Source: Chrysomallon squamiferum
Taxonomy: Eukaryota > Animalia > Mollusca
Assembly (NCBI GenBank): GCA_012295275.1
Contig: CM022671.1
Location: 15,128,001-15,192,000 of the forward strand
Length of the DNA stretch: 64,000 nucleotides
Direction: 5' to 3'
The notes beneath the pieces are model-generated. The model saw only the letters and a program-made list of their open reading frames with translations. It did not search any database and had not been told where the DNA came from. Shown here one piece after another: positions 12,301 through 26,171 of this stretch (within the stretch, counting starts at the first letter, position 1; each line of letters begins with the position of its first letter). Both the position numbers and the translations under genes were made by a program.

Positions 12301-15300
12301 TTCATGCATATATGCTTGATTTTCATTTTATTGCAATATTTCCCACTTTTTATTATTTTTAATATTTGCACATATTTTTGGTATGCATTTTACAGCTTTA
12401 GAATTATCCTTCACTGAATATTATTGCACTGCAAGTATTTTTTTTATCAGGTCATGTTGGAAGGAGAAGAAGAAAAAAAATTAGATTTTTGCATTATGGA
12501 ATGATGAAGGTCATTTGAATATGATTATTTTTGATAATATGCATTTATTTGATTTGAATGCTGCTGGGCATTTTCAGAAGAAACAAAATAATAATTCCAC
12601 TACGTCATCAGGGACAGCAGTCACAGACCCATACACATCATACTCTGTCCAGTCACAGGATGACCGTGCAGGCTCACTGCATCACCCCCGCAGAGGGAAG
12701 ATACCAACCTATCTCTTTTCGGTAATTTATATACAACTGTTTGAAACATATGAATTACCTTTAAACCAAAAGATTTGAAAATGTGAAGAAAAGAGATATA
12801 TATATATTTGTTTTTATAAAAATGTAATTACATTTATATATTTTTTAAAAACATTGCTTTTATCATTAAATGTTAGGCTGTATATTTTTCATTTTAAAAA
12901 TAATATAGAATATTTTTAAAAGATTAAATTAAAATTTTTATTAGAAAAAGCAAGTGTTGTATACCAATTTTGTGTCTAAAGTTTTAAATATATATATATA
13001 AATTTTCTTTGTTTTAGGAGAAGCAATACACTCATTGTTTCTTTGATCGTGAAACTGGTGCCTGGCTAAAGTTGCCTCTGGGCTGGGAGCTCCACCATGA
13101 GATGATACGAAACATGGTTAACCAAGTCATGGTAGGAACATTTTTTTATAAATCTACATATTCTACCATTATGAATATTTACTGAAATTATATTAATAAT
13201 GAGGAAAAAATTATCTTTTTAACTTTGGGGAGTAAATTAATTTTAAAAAGAAGCTTTTTTTTTAAATATTTTTTTACCTTCATCATTTATTAAAGTAATT
13301 TGAAAAAAAAGAATTTATTGAAAATACTAGAACTGAGTGTTAAATATTTTATGAACTTTTTTGCATTTTATTATCAACATTTATTAACACAAATACACTC
13401 AACAGGTTAAATGTTTTTAATATATTTATTTGAAAAGCAAGACAGCCAAATATTCTCTGATTAAATCAGAATGGTTGATATGATGCACTGCTATCTTTTA
13501 CAGACATTTCTTTTGTATTGTGCTAATTCTTTGCTACACTGTTGTTTCAGGAAGCTGTTCCACACTGGAATGATCGACTTGATATACTTGCAGCTCTGCG
13601 TATCTGTAATTATAATGTTGATGAGTGTATTTCTATGTATCTGCATCTAGAGGGAGATGGTAATTTATCTTACTGATACTTAAAACAAAAACAATCAATA
13701 GTCCAAAGACACACACACACACACACACACACAAATTTGTTTATTTGCTGTTGTCATGCTAAGATTAATCTGGTTTTGATAAAACGTTGTAGCCCTTTGT
13801 ATATTTTTATATAGATGGATTTTGATATTGTTTTCTTTGTTTTTTTACTTCTTTTTTTTTTGTCACAATGTTGTTTAGTTATAATTATAATAATTATGTT
13901 TTATATTTTTTTTTATGATTGTAATGACACGTTTTCTTTTCTTTTCAAATTTGTTTCTTTCTATTGGTATTCTTCAGTTTTGCTGGGTTTTTTATTTTTC
14001 ATTTTTTGCATGTTGATATTTTAGTTATCTCACATACTCTTTTTCAGGAGACTGATATACTACTTTTAGTTTTTATTAGTTTTCTTTTATATAATTTATC
14101 TTTTTTCAGAATGGTTAAAAGCAGCTAGGACTATAGGAGAGGAAAACGCTATGACCAAAGCTGAAGAAAAACTGGAAAAAATGCATGAAGTATTTTCAAT
14201 AATGGTAAGTTATTTTAAAACATTCACAGCAATTTTATTCCAAAAGTTGAAAGGTAATGTATTTCTTATTTTTCTTAATTGTATGAAACACTATAAAACT
14301 TTTCTTCTGAATCTGCAGTTTTTATTTTTGACATATTAACTGATCAAAAACTGAGATTTTGTATTAAATTGTAATCTAGAAACTGACTTGTGTTATCCAT
14401 CAGATTCCTTTTTATATTTAATTTACATTAATTTTATGCTTATTCTTTAATATAATTTAATTATGCATAATATACCCAAAGTTGACCCAAGTATTCCTTT
14501 ATTTCAAATACTTTATGATAGTTTCAACTGATTATATTGCTTGAGAAATAATTATGTAGAAAACTGAAATTTTAAATATTTGCAATATTTTCCCTAATTC
14601 TGACCTCTTACACAAAACTCTGTTATTATACTCAGTATGTTACTGTAGATCAGATATTCAGAATACTGATAAATGTTATCTTCTTCAATATCATGTTCAT
14701 GAATACAGAATGAATTTAATTTATTATTCATTGTGTTTGTATCCCATATTCACACATTCTTTTAAAATGATTTTTAATTAATTAAAATTTGTTGTAACAA
14801 ATTGCAGTGGTAATTAATAAGATTAGATATCAATGTTTTTTCTTTTCATACTTTGTAGAAATCTGTGGTAGATGAAGAAAAACGACAGAAGAAAGAAGCT
14901 GAAGAGCAGGTATGTTTCACAGAATCTGTACTTAAATGTAACATGATACTGCCACTTTGAACTGCAAATTTTGGCACTGAATGTTTGGGAAGGGGGAAGG
15001 AAATCTTCTGTTACATCATGTATATTTATGAAGTCCATATATTTTTGTGCATTTAATTTTTATTTTAAATTGTCCTGAAAATAATAAACTGTGTATTTAA
15101 GAAAAAAAAAAAAGAACAAAAATGTCCATGCTGCACACAAACCATTTTCAATTAAAGGGCACATTTAATGGATTGTATAATTGGACCATTATATTTGATG
15201 CTAACATTTAACAGTCATATTGTGATGTACTTTCATTTAATGAACATTTTTATGCTGACAGCACCTTATTTTGCTCCGAAATAAAGATAATTTAATTTTC

Positions 15301-17856
15301 TTTTTTTTCATGTTGCCTATAAAAAGTGTATAAATTATTTTAATGACCTGAGATCTCAATGATTTGCTTTCCACAGGTTGCCAAATTGCAAGAAAGATTG
15401 AGTGTTTTAGAAGCAGAAGCATCAATTGCCCGAAACCAGGTTGAAGCCCTCCAGACTACACGACCCAAAACAGCTCGACCAAAGACACCCCAGGTCTGAT
15501 ACCTTTTTGTCATCATCAAATATAAAATTTACAACCAGCAATGTCATATAATCTCACAGTTAAACTTTCACATCAACATATTTCTATCCAAATTTTTTTA
15601 ATGGAAAAGAAAACAGATGTTGACATTTGTAAAGTGTAAACTGAACAAATATTTTCATTTAGTTGCAGAAGCAAACAGAGTTTCTCTCTGTTGTGTTTTA
15701 AAGAATGTAGCTATACAAATTTTAATTTAAATTCAAAAATATTTAAAATTTTGAGATTTTTAAAAGTATTTTCTGTATTGTTTTTGGGTATGTATTTTAT
15801 ACAAGGTGGTCAAGCAGGAAGTGGTAAAGGTAGAAAACAACATCAGTTTGGATGATCTGGAAATGCTGAACAACACAGCCAAAGATTTACACAAGTCACA
15901 CATACATCTCAAGATGAATGTAGAACGTCATCTTGGGATGCTACAGCAAATGTTTAAAGAGGTATGAAATTCACCAATTGTTTTTTTTTATGCTTGTAGT
16001 TCAAGGAAATGTTGTTTTTTGTGTGTGTGTTTTTGTAAAAAGAATTAATAATAAACTGATCTATTCAGAATAGGAATTTTCAGCTGCCAACTTAGTGTCT
16101 ATCACTTAAGATGAATTATACTGTAAATAGGATCAGTTTGAAATGGTTTAACTTGTAACAGTGTAAATTTACTTTAAATCAGCTTGGACCTCTACATTCT
16201 ACACTGTTATTGATGTGCTGAATGCACACCATTATCAAACAAATCTTTTAACAGATGGAGGTAATTCTATTTATTTATTTATTTATTTATTTATTTATTA
16301 ATTAATTAATATTTTTTTATGGTTATTGTTGTTATATTTTTCTTCTCTTTTTAATTTTTTTTTTTTTTTAATGGTGCACTTAACAATCTGATAAAAATAC
16401 AGATAGAGTATATCATACTGTTTTTAAAATTTAAGGTGAATAATGCTGCTCAGATGATGAAGGAAAAGAAGGCAAGTCAGTCACAAGAACTGGAGGAAAT
16501 TAAAGCTCTGTACCAGAAGGAAGTGTTCCAGAGAAAACTGCTGTACAACCAGGTTGGTTCGCTAAACAAATTAGAGAGAAATTTTTTAAAATGCTGCAGT
16601 AATAAATCATATGTTACTTAAAAAATAAAATCTTCAAAATATTTTAGAGATAGAATAAACAAAAATAATAATATTACGTTTTCAGACAACAGGAAAACAG
16701 ATATTTTTATTTTCTTGACAATTGTTTCCCATCCTCAAATATAGCAGATGATGATGTAATGAATATTAATCACAAAGTCTAGGTTTGTTTCATGCTTGTG
16801 TTTATTTAATTTAAAAATATAATTCAGTTGCCAACATTAAACATTACAATTAACATAATGTTAAGTTTGTAATTAATTCAGAAAGTTTATTTATTTATCA
16901 TTCAGATACATTCAAAATATAAAGAATAATTCATTCATTGTAGGACAATTGGCCTTTTCTTGATCTCAAAAAGTTTATATTATTAAATCAGTCTGAAATC
17001 ATGACAATAGTTATCAACATGTCAAAGGTAAAGAAATAGTCAGAGCAAAATGTTTTAAAACATATGATATTAATCACTGAGCAGACAAAACATTGATATT
17101 TTAATATTTCACAGCTACAAGAACTGAGAGGCAACATCAGAGTGTTTTGCAGAGCAAGGAAAGATGATCGTGCTAAAATGTGTTTGTCATTTCCATCAGA
17201 CCAGGACATTGTTGTCACCAACAGTGAAGGAACAAAGAAGACATTCACATTTGATAAAGTTTTTCCTATAAACACCACACAAGAGCAGGTGAAAAAGAAA
17301 GAAAGAAGAGGGAACCTTCCAAATCTTTTATTGTATTTAATTATCTCAGTTTACAGTATTTACGGCATTATTATAAATAATTATCTCAAAATACAGTAAT
17401 TTATTGTAATTTAGGAATTATTAAACATTATGGATTTTGTTTTATTTTCATTATCCACATTTCAGTACTTGGATAATTATTAACATCATAAATTCATTTT
17501 TGAAATTTGAATGGCAGATATCTTCATTGAGCAAAGCATATATTTTTAATATTTTTAAAAGAAATAATTATAACAAAATTTGTAAATTCATTACACAGAA
17601 AATGATTATCACCACTCCAACTGACACAATATATCTGCAGATATTCATATCTAAATGGTTTCTATCTTCCTTGTAATTAACAATATTATGTCTTCAGATA
17701 TTCACTGACACCCAGCCAATCATTACTTCCTGTGTTGATGGCTACAATGTATGTTTAATGGCGTATGGGCAAACAGGATCCGGTAAAACTTACACCATGA
17801 TGGGGCCAGATAACAATCCTGGAATCAATGTCAGGTACACTGTTTTGATATTACAA

Positions 17857-17889
<33 letters not shown>

Positions 17890-20512
17890 TTTAATTTGTA
17901 ATTAATATTTAAAAAAAAAAATTCAAAACAAAAGCAACAAAATCATTATTCCTTCATTGCTAAATTCAAAGAATTAATCAGTAACAAATAAAAATATTAA
18001 AATATTACATGTGTTTATGGTTAAAAGTAACTTACAAATTTACTAGTATTTAATTTATATGTGATAAATCTGTGGCATTGTGGAAGTCAATGTTGTGACA
18101 CTTAAACTGAATAATTCTTCTAATTCATCAAGATTCAGTGAGATTTTTTTGTTGATTTTAAACTTGTTGATCTATGATACTGAGTATTCAAAAAAAGTCT
18201 GGCAGTTTTCTGGTCAATGAATATTAGTTTTATATATGACTGTGTGTGTATGAGATACTGGATCATGATGACAGCCAATCTTATTCAGTGTTTAAAACTT
18301 CAATTCTTCATGACCACATTTTCTGATAATTAAGATTGTGTTGATTTTCAGAGCAATAAAAGAACTGCTCAAAGTGTGTGAAGATAGAAATGAAACATTC
18401 ACCTACAAAATGAAGGTAATAATAACTGTAATTTATTAATTGCTTTAATAACATTTGATACCAACAAAAATCATATGAAATGAACACACATTTATGTTAT
18501 TCAGTCAAAATATCATATTTAACACTTTGCAGAATACATCCAACTAATAACATTTATAATTATATTGTGTCTTCCTAAAAATGGACTAAAAGACAAATGG
18601 TTATTTGTTTTATCTGTTGTTATTAATACATGACACTTTGATTTTATTTTCAGTTCTATATTTAGCTTACATTATTTGTCTTTATTATTTAGGTTTCCTT
18701 AGTTGAGATATATAATGAAAATGTGGTAGATCTGCTGACTAAGGATGCTAAAACAGTGGAACTGCACGCAGCTGGAAACAATATTCGTATTCCAAACTTG
18801 ACTGAAAACATTATTTCATCACTGACAGACGTCAAACATCTCATGGAATTGGGAGATAAGAATCGATCTACTGCAGCTACAAAAATGAATTCAACCAGGT
18901 TAAAATAAATTATATAGAAACAGTTTATTTGGTATCACCTTAAAAAACATTTTTTTTTTTTTGCCATTTCAGTTTGTCTAAATCTTAAATATATGTATTT
19001 TATAAAATTTAACTATAATACAAATGGAAGTTTCCCAATCTTCACATTACTGATATCATGACTGAATCTCTGGGACTGTTTTCCTTATTTGGATTACTAC
19101 AATTATTTAATGCATTAAGTTCCTACTCCATGATTACAGAATATTAGCTATTAGTAAATACCAAGTGTTATTTTTTAGTTCGAGGTCACACCTGGTTCTG
19201 ATGATAAATGTGGAAGGAACAAACAAAGTGACAGGGGCTGTGTCACATGGAATTCTCACACTCTGTGATCTGGCTGGCTCAGAAAGAGTTGGCAAAACTG
19301 AAGCTTCAGGCCAGCGACTGGTGGAAGCTGCTGCCATTAATAAATCTTTGTCTGCCCTAGGACAGGTTAGTCTTAGCATTTTGCTTCTTATCATGCTGGA
19401 TGTTTTGTGACTATTAAAAAAAAGATCTTTTTTTTTTTTAAGATCTTAATATTGATAACTGTTCATATTTATTTTGTATCTTGGCACTGATGTTTTCATG
19501 CCTAGATATTTTCAGACTCAGAACTAGGCCAGATTAGAACTGCAAAATTAAATTTGTATTCTTACAGATATAGTTCAGATATGAGACTAATAATTAAATG
19601 ATTTTGAAATGACTTTGAATTTAATATTTTTATTGTCAGATGATATTGCCAAAAGGTTGTTCCTTGAAAAAAGAAGTCTGGCCAATATATCCTACTTGGT
19701 CCTTGACTGGAATGTTCTACATTTGTTTTTAAATAAAACCCCAATAATTTATTCATTTTATAAAAGGTATTTTCTGCACTGAGACAAGGACAGCTACATG
19801 TTCCTTACAGAAATTCAAAACTGACACAGATTTTGAGACCATCATTGGGAGGAGATGCAAAAGTAAGTGTAGAAAATTATTTACTTATTACTTATTATGG
19901 CCTATATTACAAATCTAAATTATTCAAACATTTAGTCTTAGCAGCAACATGACCATGATCAATCACACAACCATCAATTTGAACTAATAACAGCAAAATG
20001 CCATAGTATGTTACATGAAATCATAATATAAGTGGGGACAGATTCAGAGAAATAGACTTCATTCATGATCTAATCATAATGATAGGAATGTGAAAGATAT
20101 CATTTGTGAATTTCTTGTATCATATCTCAAGTTACTTAATAAATTTCCATTTAGGGCAAAACTTTGGTAAAATAGATACATTGTCTGTTAAAAGTGCACA
20201 TAATCACTGTTAGGGATTTATTATCTACAGTGTTGAATTTTAATATTTTTTGCTGAATGTTCAAAGTAATTCTTTTTAGTAGTATTGTACTAATTTAAGG
20301 TGATAGTGTGTTTTACTAATTTATGTTAGGGTTGTTAAACAATTTTTGCATTTACTAACTGTGAAACAATTTTATTATTACAGGCTTGTCTATTTGTCAA
20401 TATCAGTCCTGATGTTTCAAATTACCCTGAGACCTGCAACACTCTGGAATTCGGAGCCAATGCTCGCCAGGTGGCCTTGGGTCAAGCTAAACAACATATA
20501 GTGAAGAAATAA
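1580..20512 (+). CDS. Kinesin-14 family (C-terminal motor, KIFC3-like) protein, ~806 aa, 18 coding exons
   Basis: Exons, all GT-AG and phase-compatible: 1580-1897, 10928-11038, 11432-11527, 12578-12721, 13018-13131, 13551-13659, 14110-14204, 14859-14909, 15377-15493, 15806-15961, 16436-16552, 17115-17288, 17698-17834, 18352-18415, 18693-18898, 19179-19365, 19767-19862, 20384-20512 (TAA). Motifs: kinesin-14 neck [28 protein letters not shown]-loop [13 protein letters not shown], switch I NSTSSRSH, switch [27 protein letters not shown]. The motor call is very secure. The link across the 9-kb first intron is less secure and exons there could be missed. Confidence 0.9.
3574..3675. repeat. 54-bp tandem duplication (intronic)
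   Basis: TGAAATTACCATTTATTATTTAGACAA occurs twice, 54 bp apart. Confidence 0.85.
6319..6364. repeat. (TAA)n microsatellite
   Basis: Perfect trinucleotide run. Confidence 0.95.
6449..6560. repeat. 59-bp tandem duplication (intronic)
   Basis: GTGTTGCCTTTCATT(T/C)GACTGTTTC..GATTGGTT(G/A)CCTGTTG(C/T)AATAAAAA occurs twice. Confidence 0.85.
8955..9240. repeat. ~170-bp diverged tandem duplication (intronic)
   Basis: AACTGAAAT(G/C)AAACAGATC and ACTGATT(G/A)TGAAACATT each recur at ~171-bp spacing. Confidence 0.7.
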
Positions 20513-21079
20513 CAAGCTGAATGTTGCATATACACTCCACGCATTTCAAAAATCACAACAAAAACATGTACAAAGGAAAAGATGCATTTGGTAGGTGAGC
20601 TAATGTGGGCAGTAAACAAATATCTCAATTAATTCACAAGTTATTTTAATCTTTTCAAACTGAATAGATTTTACTATCATAATTTTGAGTATATTAATTT
20701 TGTAAAACTGAAGTATCAGTTTCTCTTAAAAAATAAGAAAAACGGTGTACGATATTTTATATCTGAATATGAACTGTTCACACCAGTAATAAAAAGCATC
20801 TTAACATTTATTCAAAATAACTGAACATAACCCCATGCCCAAATAAATCGTTAAAAGTTAATTAAAATTATTCTGATTAGAGAAAATTCTATTAAAAAAC
20901 AGATTTAAAAATGAAACTTCGACAATGCTAATCATAAAAATGGGTGAGGAGGTTCGTGCTTGTTTTTGTTAAAATGTTTAAAATCACAAAAAACAATATT
21001 AGTTGATTATTTATAATTGTTGAAATGAATACTGTTCATGATATTTGTACCACATGATACTGCTGTGTTAAGTCACTAT

Positions 21080-23902
21080 TTAAAAATTGCTGTGATAATT
21101 TAAACATTAAATTGCATATACTGGTAAGACATGCTGTGCACAAAATAGTATTATTAACATTTTACTTTTTTTACCAGGACTTAGTGTGCTGTGTGTGTTT
21201 ATCTTTATTTTAGCAGGTGTATCTTAAGCACAAAGTTCTGTGATCATTATTTATTTACAAACAACTTTTTTACAGTGTTATCTATCCATCACTGATATAT
21301 TTGTTTTATTTTACAGATTTTCAAAAATGCTGAAATTAACCAAAATAATCTATATTTTTGATAGATGATCAATATATTTAAAAAAAAGAGAAACATTGAT
21401 ACATTATTTTGGTATATCTTATTTAACACTGAAAAAATTAAATTCATTAAAAAAAAATGTTTAATTATTTTTTTCTTTGACTTTAATAATTGACATTTAG
21501 AAATTGAAACTAATCATGATTTGACCCTGAAAATAAAAACAGATGCTAGTCTGAGTGAGTTTTTAACCAAAGTTCTATTGTTTATCATCTGTGCATTAAC
21601 TTTAAATTATCCATGATGTGCCTGATACATATTTTTAAATGCTTTAATATTGTATATTATTTCAAAAATAAACTGAACAAGACATTTAATCACAGTATAA
21701 AATAATCATTATATAATTTAGAGCTTTTTTTTTTAGATTATATGACTTAATTATTCAGTTTTGTTTAACACAGCGTTTTAGCAATCCTCACTTAATGCAA
21801 TATTTTATTTCTTGTATTTGGGGTTTGTTGGTGGGAGGCATTGGTATCTGTCTCCCCCCTTTTTAAAATTTAACTGAATTGCATTTAAGCGTTTCAAAAA
21901 TATTTTTAAAATTATTTTTAAAAACTGTTTCAAGAATTATGCACTTGTTCAAATGTACTCGTTATTTTTCATTGTAAAAAATATTGATGTTATTTGTTAA
22001 TGTATTTGTTATTCTGTATGCAATATCCTCTTTCAAATACCCATTTCTTTATTGAGAGAAAAAAATTTGATTAGTCTAAACAAAAACATTGTAATTATGT
22101 TTTTTTGTGATAATCGATTAATAGTCAGGATTCTTGTAAAACAAAATGTATCATTACCTATAATTATTTGTTTTATAAATGTAAATTCTTGCAACCTGTT
22201 ATCTTCATTTTTATATGATTTGTACAATTTATTGTTATTTTGTTTTCAGAAATTGTGTGCTGCATGTGATAAATATTCTTTATTTCTATATTATTGTTTA
22301 TTTATTTGTTATTGTCGGAGTTTTGAGTAGCCTGTGTCTAGTTCATAAATGAAAAATCAGCTTATATAACTTCACTTTCTTTTTTCTCAATTTCTTACAC
22401 TTTAAAGCAATTTTACTTAGTCTGTTAATTATATTATCATTTATTTATTTATTATCATTACCTATACTGTTGTTTTAATTTTTTAGTGTATTGTTTTTTT
22501 TAAATCACAAACATTAAGTAACAATTTGATGTACCAGATAAAATTATCATAAACAGATCTGTTAACATCATTTTTACTTTTACTACAATAGTTTTAGAAA
22601 GAAAACCAAAAGAAAGAAAGCAAAGAAAAAAGAAGGCTTGTCCAAAAATCATTATTTTATATAATTTTTACTAGTTAAATTCTTAATTTGCAAATTACAC
22701 CTTTGAAATTATTAATGTCTTGTATGATATGGCTATATTCTTGCTCAAATAAGATATCTTTTTGTTGTGTTATTTCAGATCATTTGCCTTCTTTTTAAAT
22801 AAGCTAACATTTCGTTTTTTTTTTTAATAAATGACCACCTTTCAAAGTTCTTAATGACTGATAATTCACATTCATTGTGATGTTTTACCATGTAATTAAA
22901 ATAATTTACTGAACATTCAATTTTATTTTTAGAATGAAATTTGTTCAAAGAAAATCAATTTACTTTAGGATTGTGGTTTCTGATACTAAGATACAAGATC
23001 ATGGACACATATTATGGAAACTGACAATATCCCTTTTGCTGTGATATTTTTAATTCACATATGATTTAAATAATTGACTGAGATTATGGCAACTTCTATG
23101 TGAAATGAGTACTGTTGAAGATATTTCTACCAAATCTTATTAGTCTGTTAAGTAACTTATTTCAAAATTGCTGTGATAATTTAAATTCCACTTACGAAAT
23201 ATTTTGAACGAAATGTATTAATAATGTTTACCTACTTAGTGTGAATGTTTGTCTTTGTTACTTTTGCAATTTTACGTTAACCACCATATTCTGTGATTAT
23301 TGATATACAAACGAGTTTGTTTTGATATTAATCTTTTGTTATCTATTCACTGATATATTTTTTCAATTTTACAGATTTTTCAAATGTATTTTGTACATTC
23401 CAATACAGAACTGCTGAAGATTAATCCAGATAATCTATATTTTTGATAGATGATTAATATTTAAAAAATGAAAATTTGTACATTATTTAATATTTAATGA
23501 AATGTTTTATTTTCATGTAGTCATAAAAAAAACAATTAAATTCTGTGATCATAATCAAATGATTATTCAACATTTACAGATGTAAATACATCATGATTTA
23601 AACCTGAAAGTAAAAATAAATATTAGATAAGTGACAAATTTAACCACAGATATTCATGCTTTCCTAGATGATGTACCTGCTGTTTAATTTTTATATTTTT
23701 AATTAAATTGTTTTATTTTTAATGCACTTATACAAATACCTTCATCTTATAGTGTATTTTCTATAAAGATATTTTGCATGTATTTCACCCTCCCATTTTA
23801 TTTTACTGAGAAAAATGATTTGAATACATTCAGTTTTTTTTGTTAATGGCAATGATCTTGGAAGATGAATAGGATAAGTAAAATAAAATAAAATATATTA
23901 TA

Positions 23903-23939
<37 letters not shown>

Positions 23940-24700
23940 TAGTTTTATGAACACATGTGCATATCACCTGTTATCTTCTTTTTTATACAATTGGTACCTC
24001 TTGGTTTTTTTTCTCATAAATTTTTTGCTGTCTGTGATATATTTTCTTGGGTTCTGTGTATTTGTTTATTTACTTATTTGTGATGTATGCAAATTTGATA
24101 ATTGTTATTCTGTTTTGGTTTAGCTTCTTTAAACTTCATATTGCAGAATTTTTTCTTTACATTTATATTTTGTTCTCATTTGTTTACACTTTTAAAGTAT
24201 TCTCATTTAGAGTCTTTAAATTATACACACATTTATTTATTGTTATTACCTATATCTTATTTTTAACTTTTAAGTTTCAAAAATTTTATTTACTGTTTTT
24301 TTAATCATACTAATTAGACCTACCAAACAACAATCATCATTATACTGCTATTTAAAAAAATATATAAATTGAAATAAAAAGAATATTGATAATTGCAGAA
24401 AATAATTATTTTGTAAGCTGCTTTCCTGGTGTATTTTTAAGCTGCAGATTTTATGTTACAAAATGATAAATGTTGTCTTCAAATAATTAAGACATGAGCA
24501 GGTTCTTGCTCCAATAAGATATCTATTATGTTATTTTAGATCATTTTCATAGTTTTTAAAATAAGTAACCATTATATCTGTTTGTATATCAAATAACAAT
24601 TAAGTTTTTAATTTACTTGTAATTCAAATTTATTGTGATGTACTTAAAACAATTTATTGAACATTCACAATTTTAATTTTTGGAATGAAATAAAATGTTG
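21080..24700. repeat. Diverged ~1.8-2.1 kb tandem duplication between the kinesin and vezatin 3' ends
   Basis: Collinear anchors: AAAATTGCTGTGATAATTTAAA (~21083/~23164), ATAATCTATATTTTTGATAGATGAT (~21345/~23430), CATGATTT..CCTGAAA (~21515/~23592), AATAAGATATCT...AGATCATTT (~22748/~24513), ATTGTGATGT...TGAACATTCA (~22873/~24632). Confidence 0.8.
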
Positions 24701-26171
24701 TACAGAACCAAATCATTTTGCTGTACTGTTATTTATTCAAATGTGTATTATTGCTGGCACCAGGTAAAAAGCCACATTGTATATATTTCCAGGCTCTGTG
24801 GCAATAAGAAACTAGTTCATGGACATAAATTGATATAATCATTTTTATTTCATTTCTGATGTAGTTTAGAAAACAGGCCAAGAATAATGACTTCTTTTCA
24901 ACTTCTGCATACAAATTAAAGTTATAACAAAAGGACATGTTAGCTGTTATGACTTTTCGAAAGATTTTTATTTTACATACAACTTTGTTATCAGCAACAA
25001 ATTTTTTTTAAAGATATATAAATATAATTAGACTATTTGTATGTGTGTGTCACTAAGGTATACTTTAATGTATATTTAATTACCTACATTTCAAAAATTA
25101 AATGACAACACATATAATTTCCAGATTGTTTTTTTCTGCTACTATATTTAATATTTGGAATTATATTATTCAGATTTGACTAAATCATTCAGTTTTGCTT
25201 AACACAACATTTTAGCAATTATTATGTGGTCTTTTTTTTTTGGTCTAATAATAAAAGTAATTGAGAATAAAACAAACTCAGTAGGGAACTGTAATGTCAA
25301 CATCAGAAAATACTCATCAATATGAAAGATAAATAAACGACTTGTGGTTTAGGCAGACTTCTTTCATTTTTTTCTGTTAGTCTGTACAGAAATGCAACAA
25401 ATTAAATGGTTTATCTATTCAGTATTATTGGAAAATATTATGTCATTCATGAAATCCCTTATTAAATGAGGAACAAGGAAAACTGTTTTGATGTCAGATA
25501 AAATTAAGTAATAATATGATTAACTGGCTGATAATGGCCAATTCTCCAATAGTATGTGAAAAATTTGATTTTATTTATTAATTATTACTTATAATGCAGG
25601 TTTTAGTAACTGATTTTCACATTATTGATATGAAAGACTAAAATTTAATAATATTATCAGATTTTAACACTTCAGTGGCTCATGTAGTTATCTACACAGC
25701 CATCAACTATTGTTATCTACAGAATTAAAATGTACAACATCTGTTATTCCTTAAAATATCTTCTTGCTATAAATACAAATACTTGCATAATTCATCATGT
25801 TTTAATATCACATCAGTTTTTAATTATACTGGATAATTATTGTAATTTATTGTTTCCTTTTTTTTTGTGTACTTCTGAAAATATGAAAAGTTCATGAAGA
25901 AGATAATAAATATTCAACATTAAAATCTGTTACTGTGATGTAAATTCCCTACACCCAGACCAAAAGGATATTAAAACAATTTAAAGTTTCACTTGTTTCA
26001 GGTGCCCACTGAGCATTCCCATGTTTCTTTTAGCACATGTAATATCAAAATAACTGATTATTAAATCTAAAGAAAGATCTTGCATTGATTGATATATAAG
26101 GTTTCACAGGCCACAGGTGTTACTGACATACTGAAACACTTAAACTTACCAGAAATATACTCAGTTTTTTT

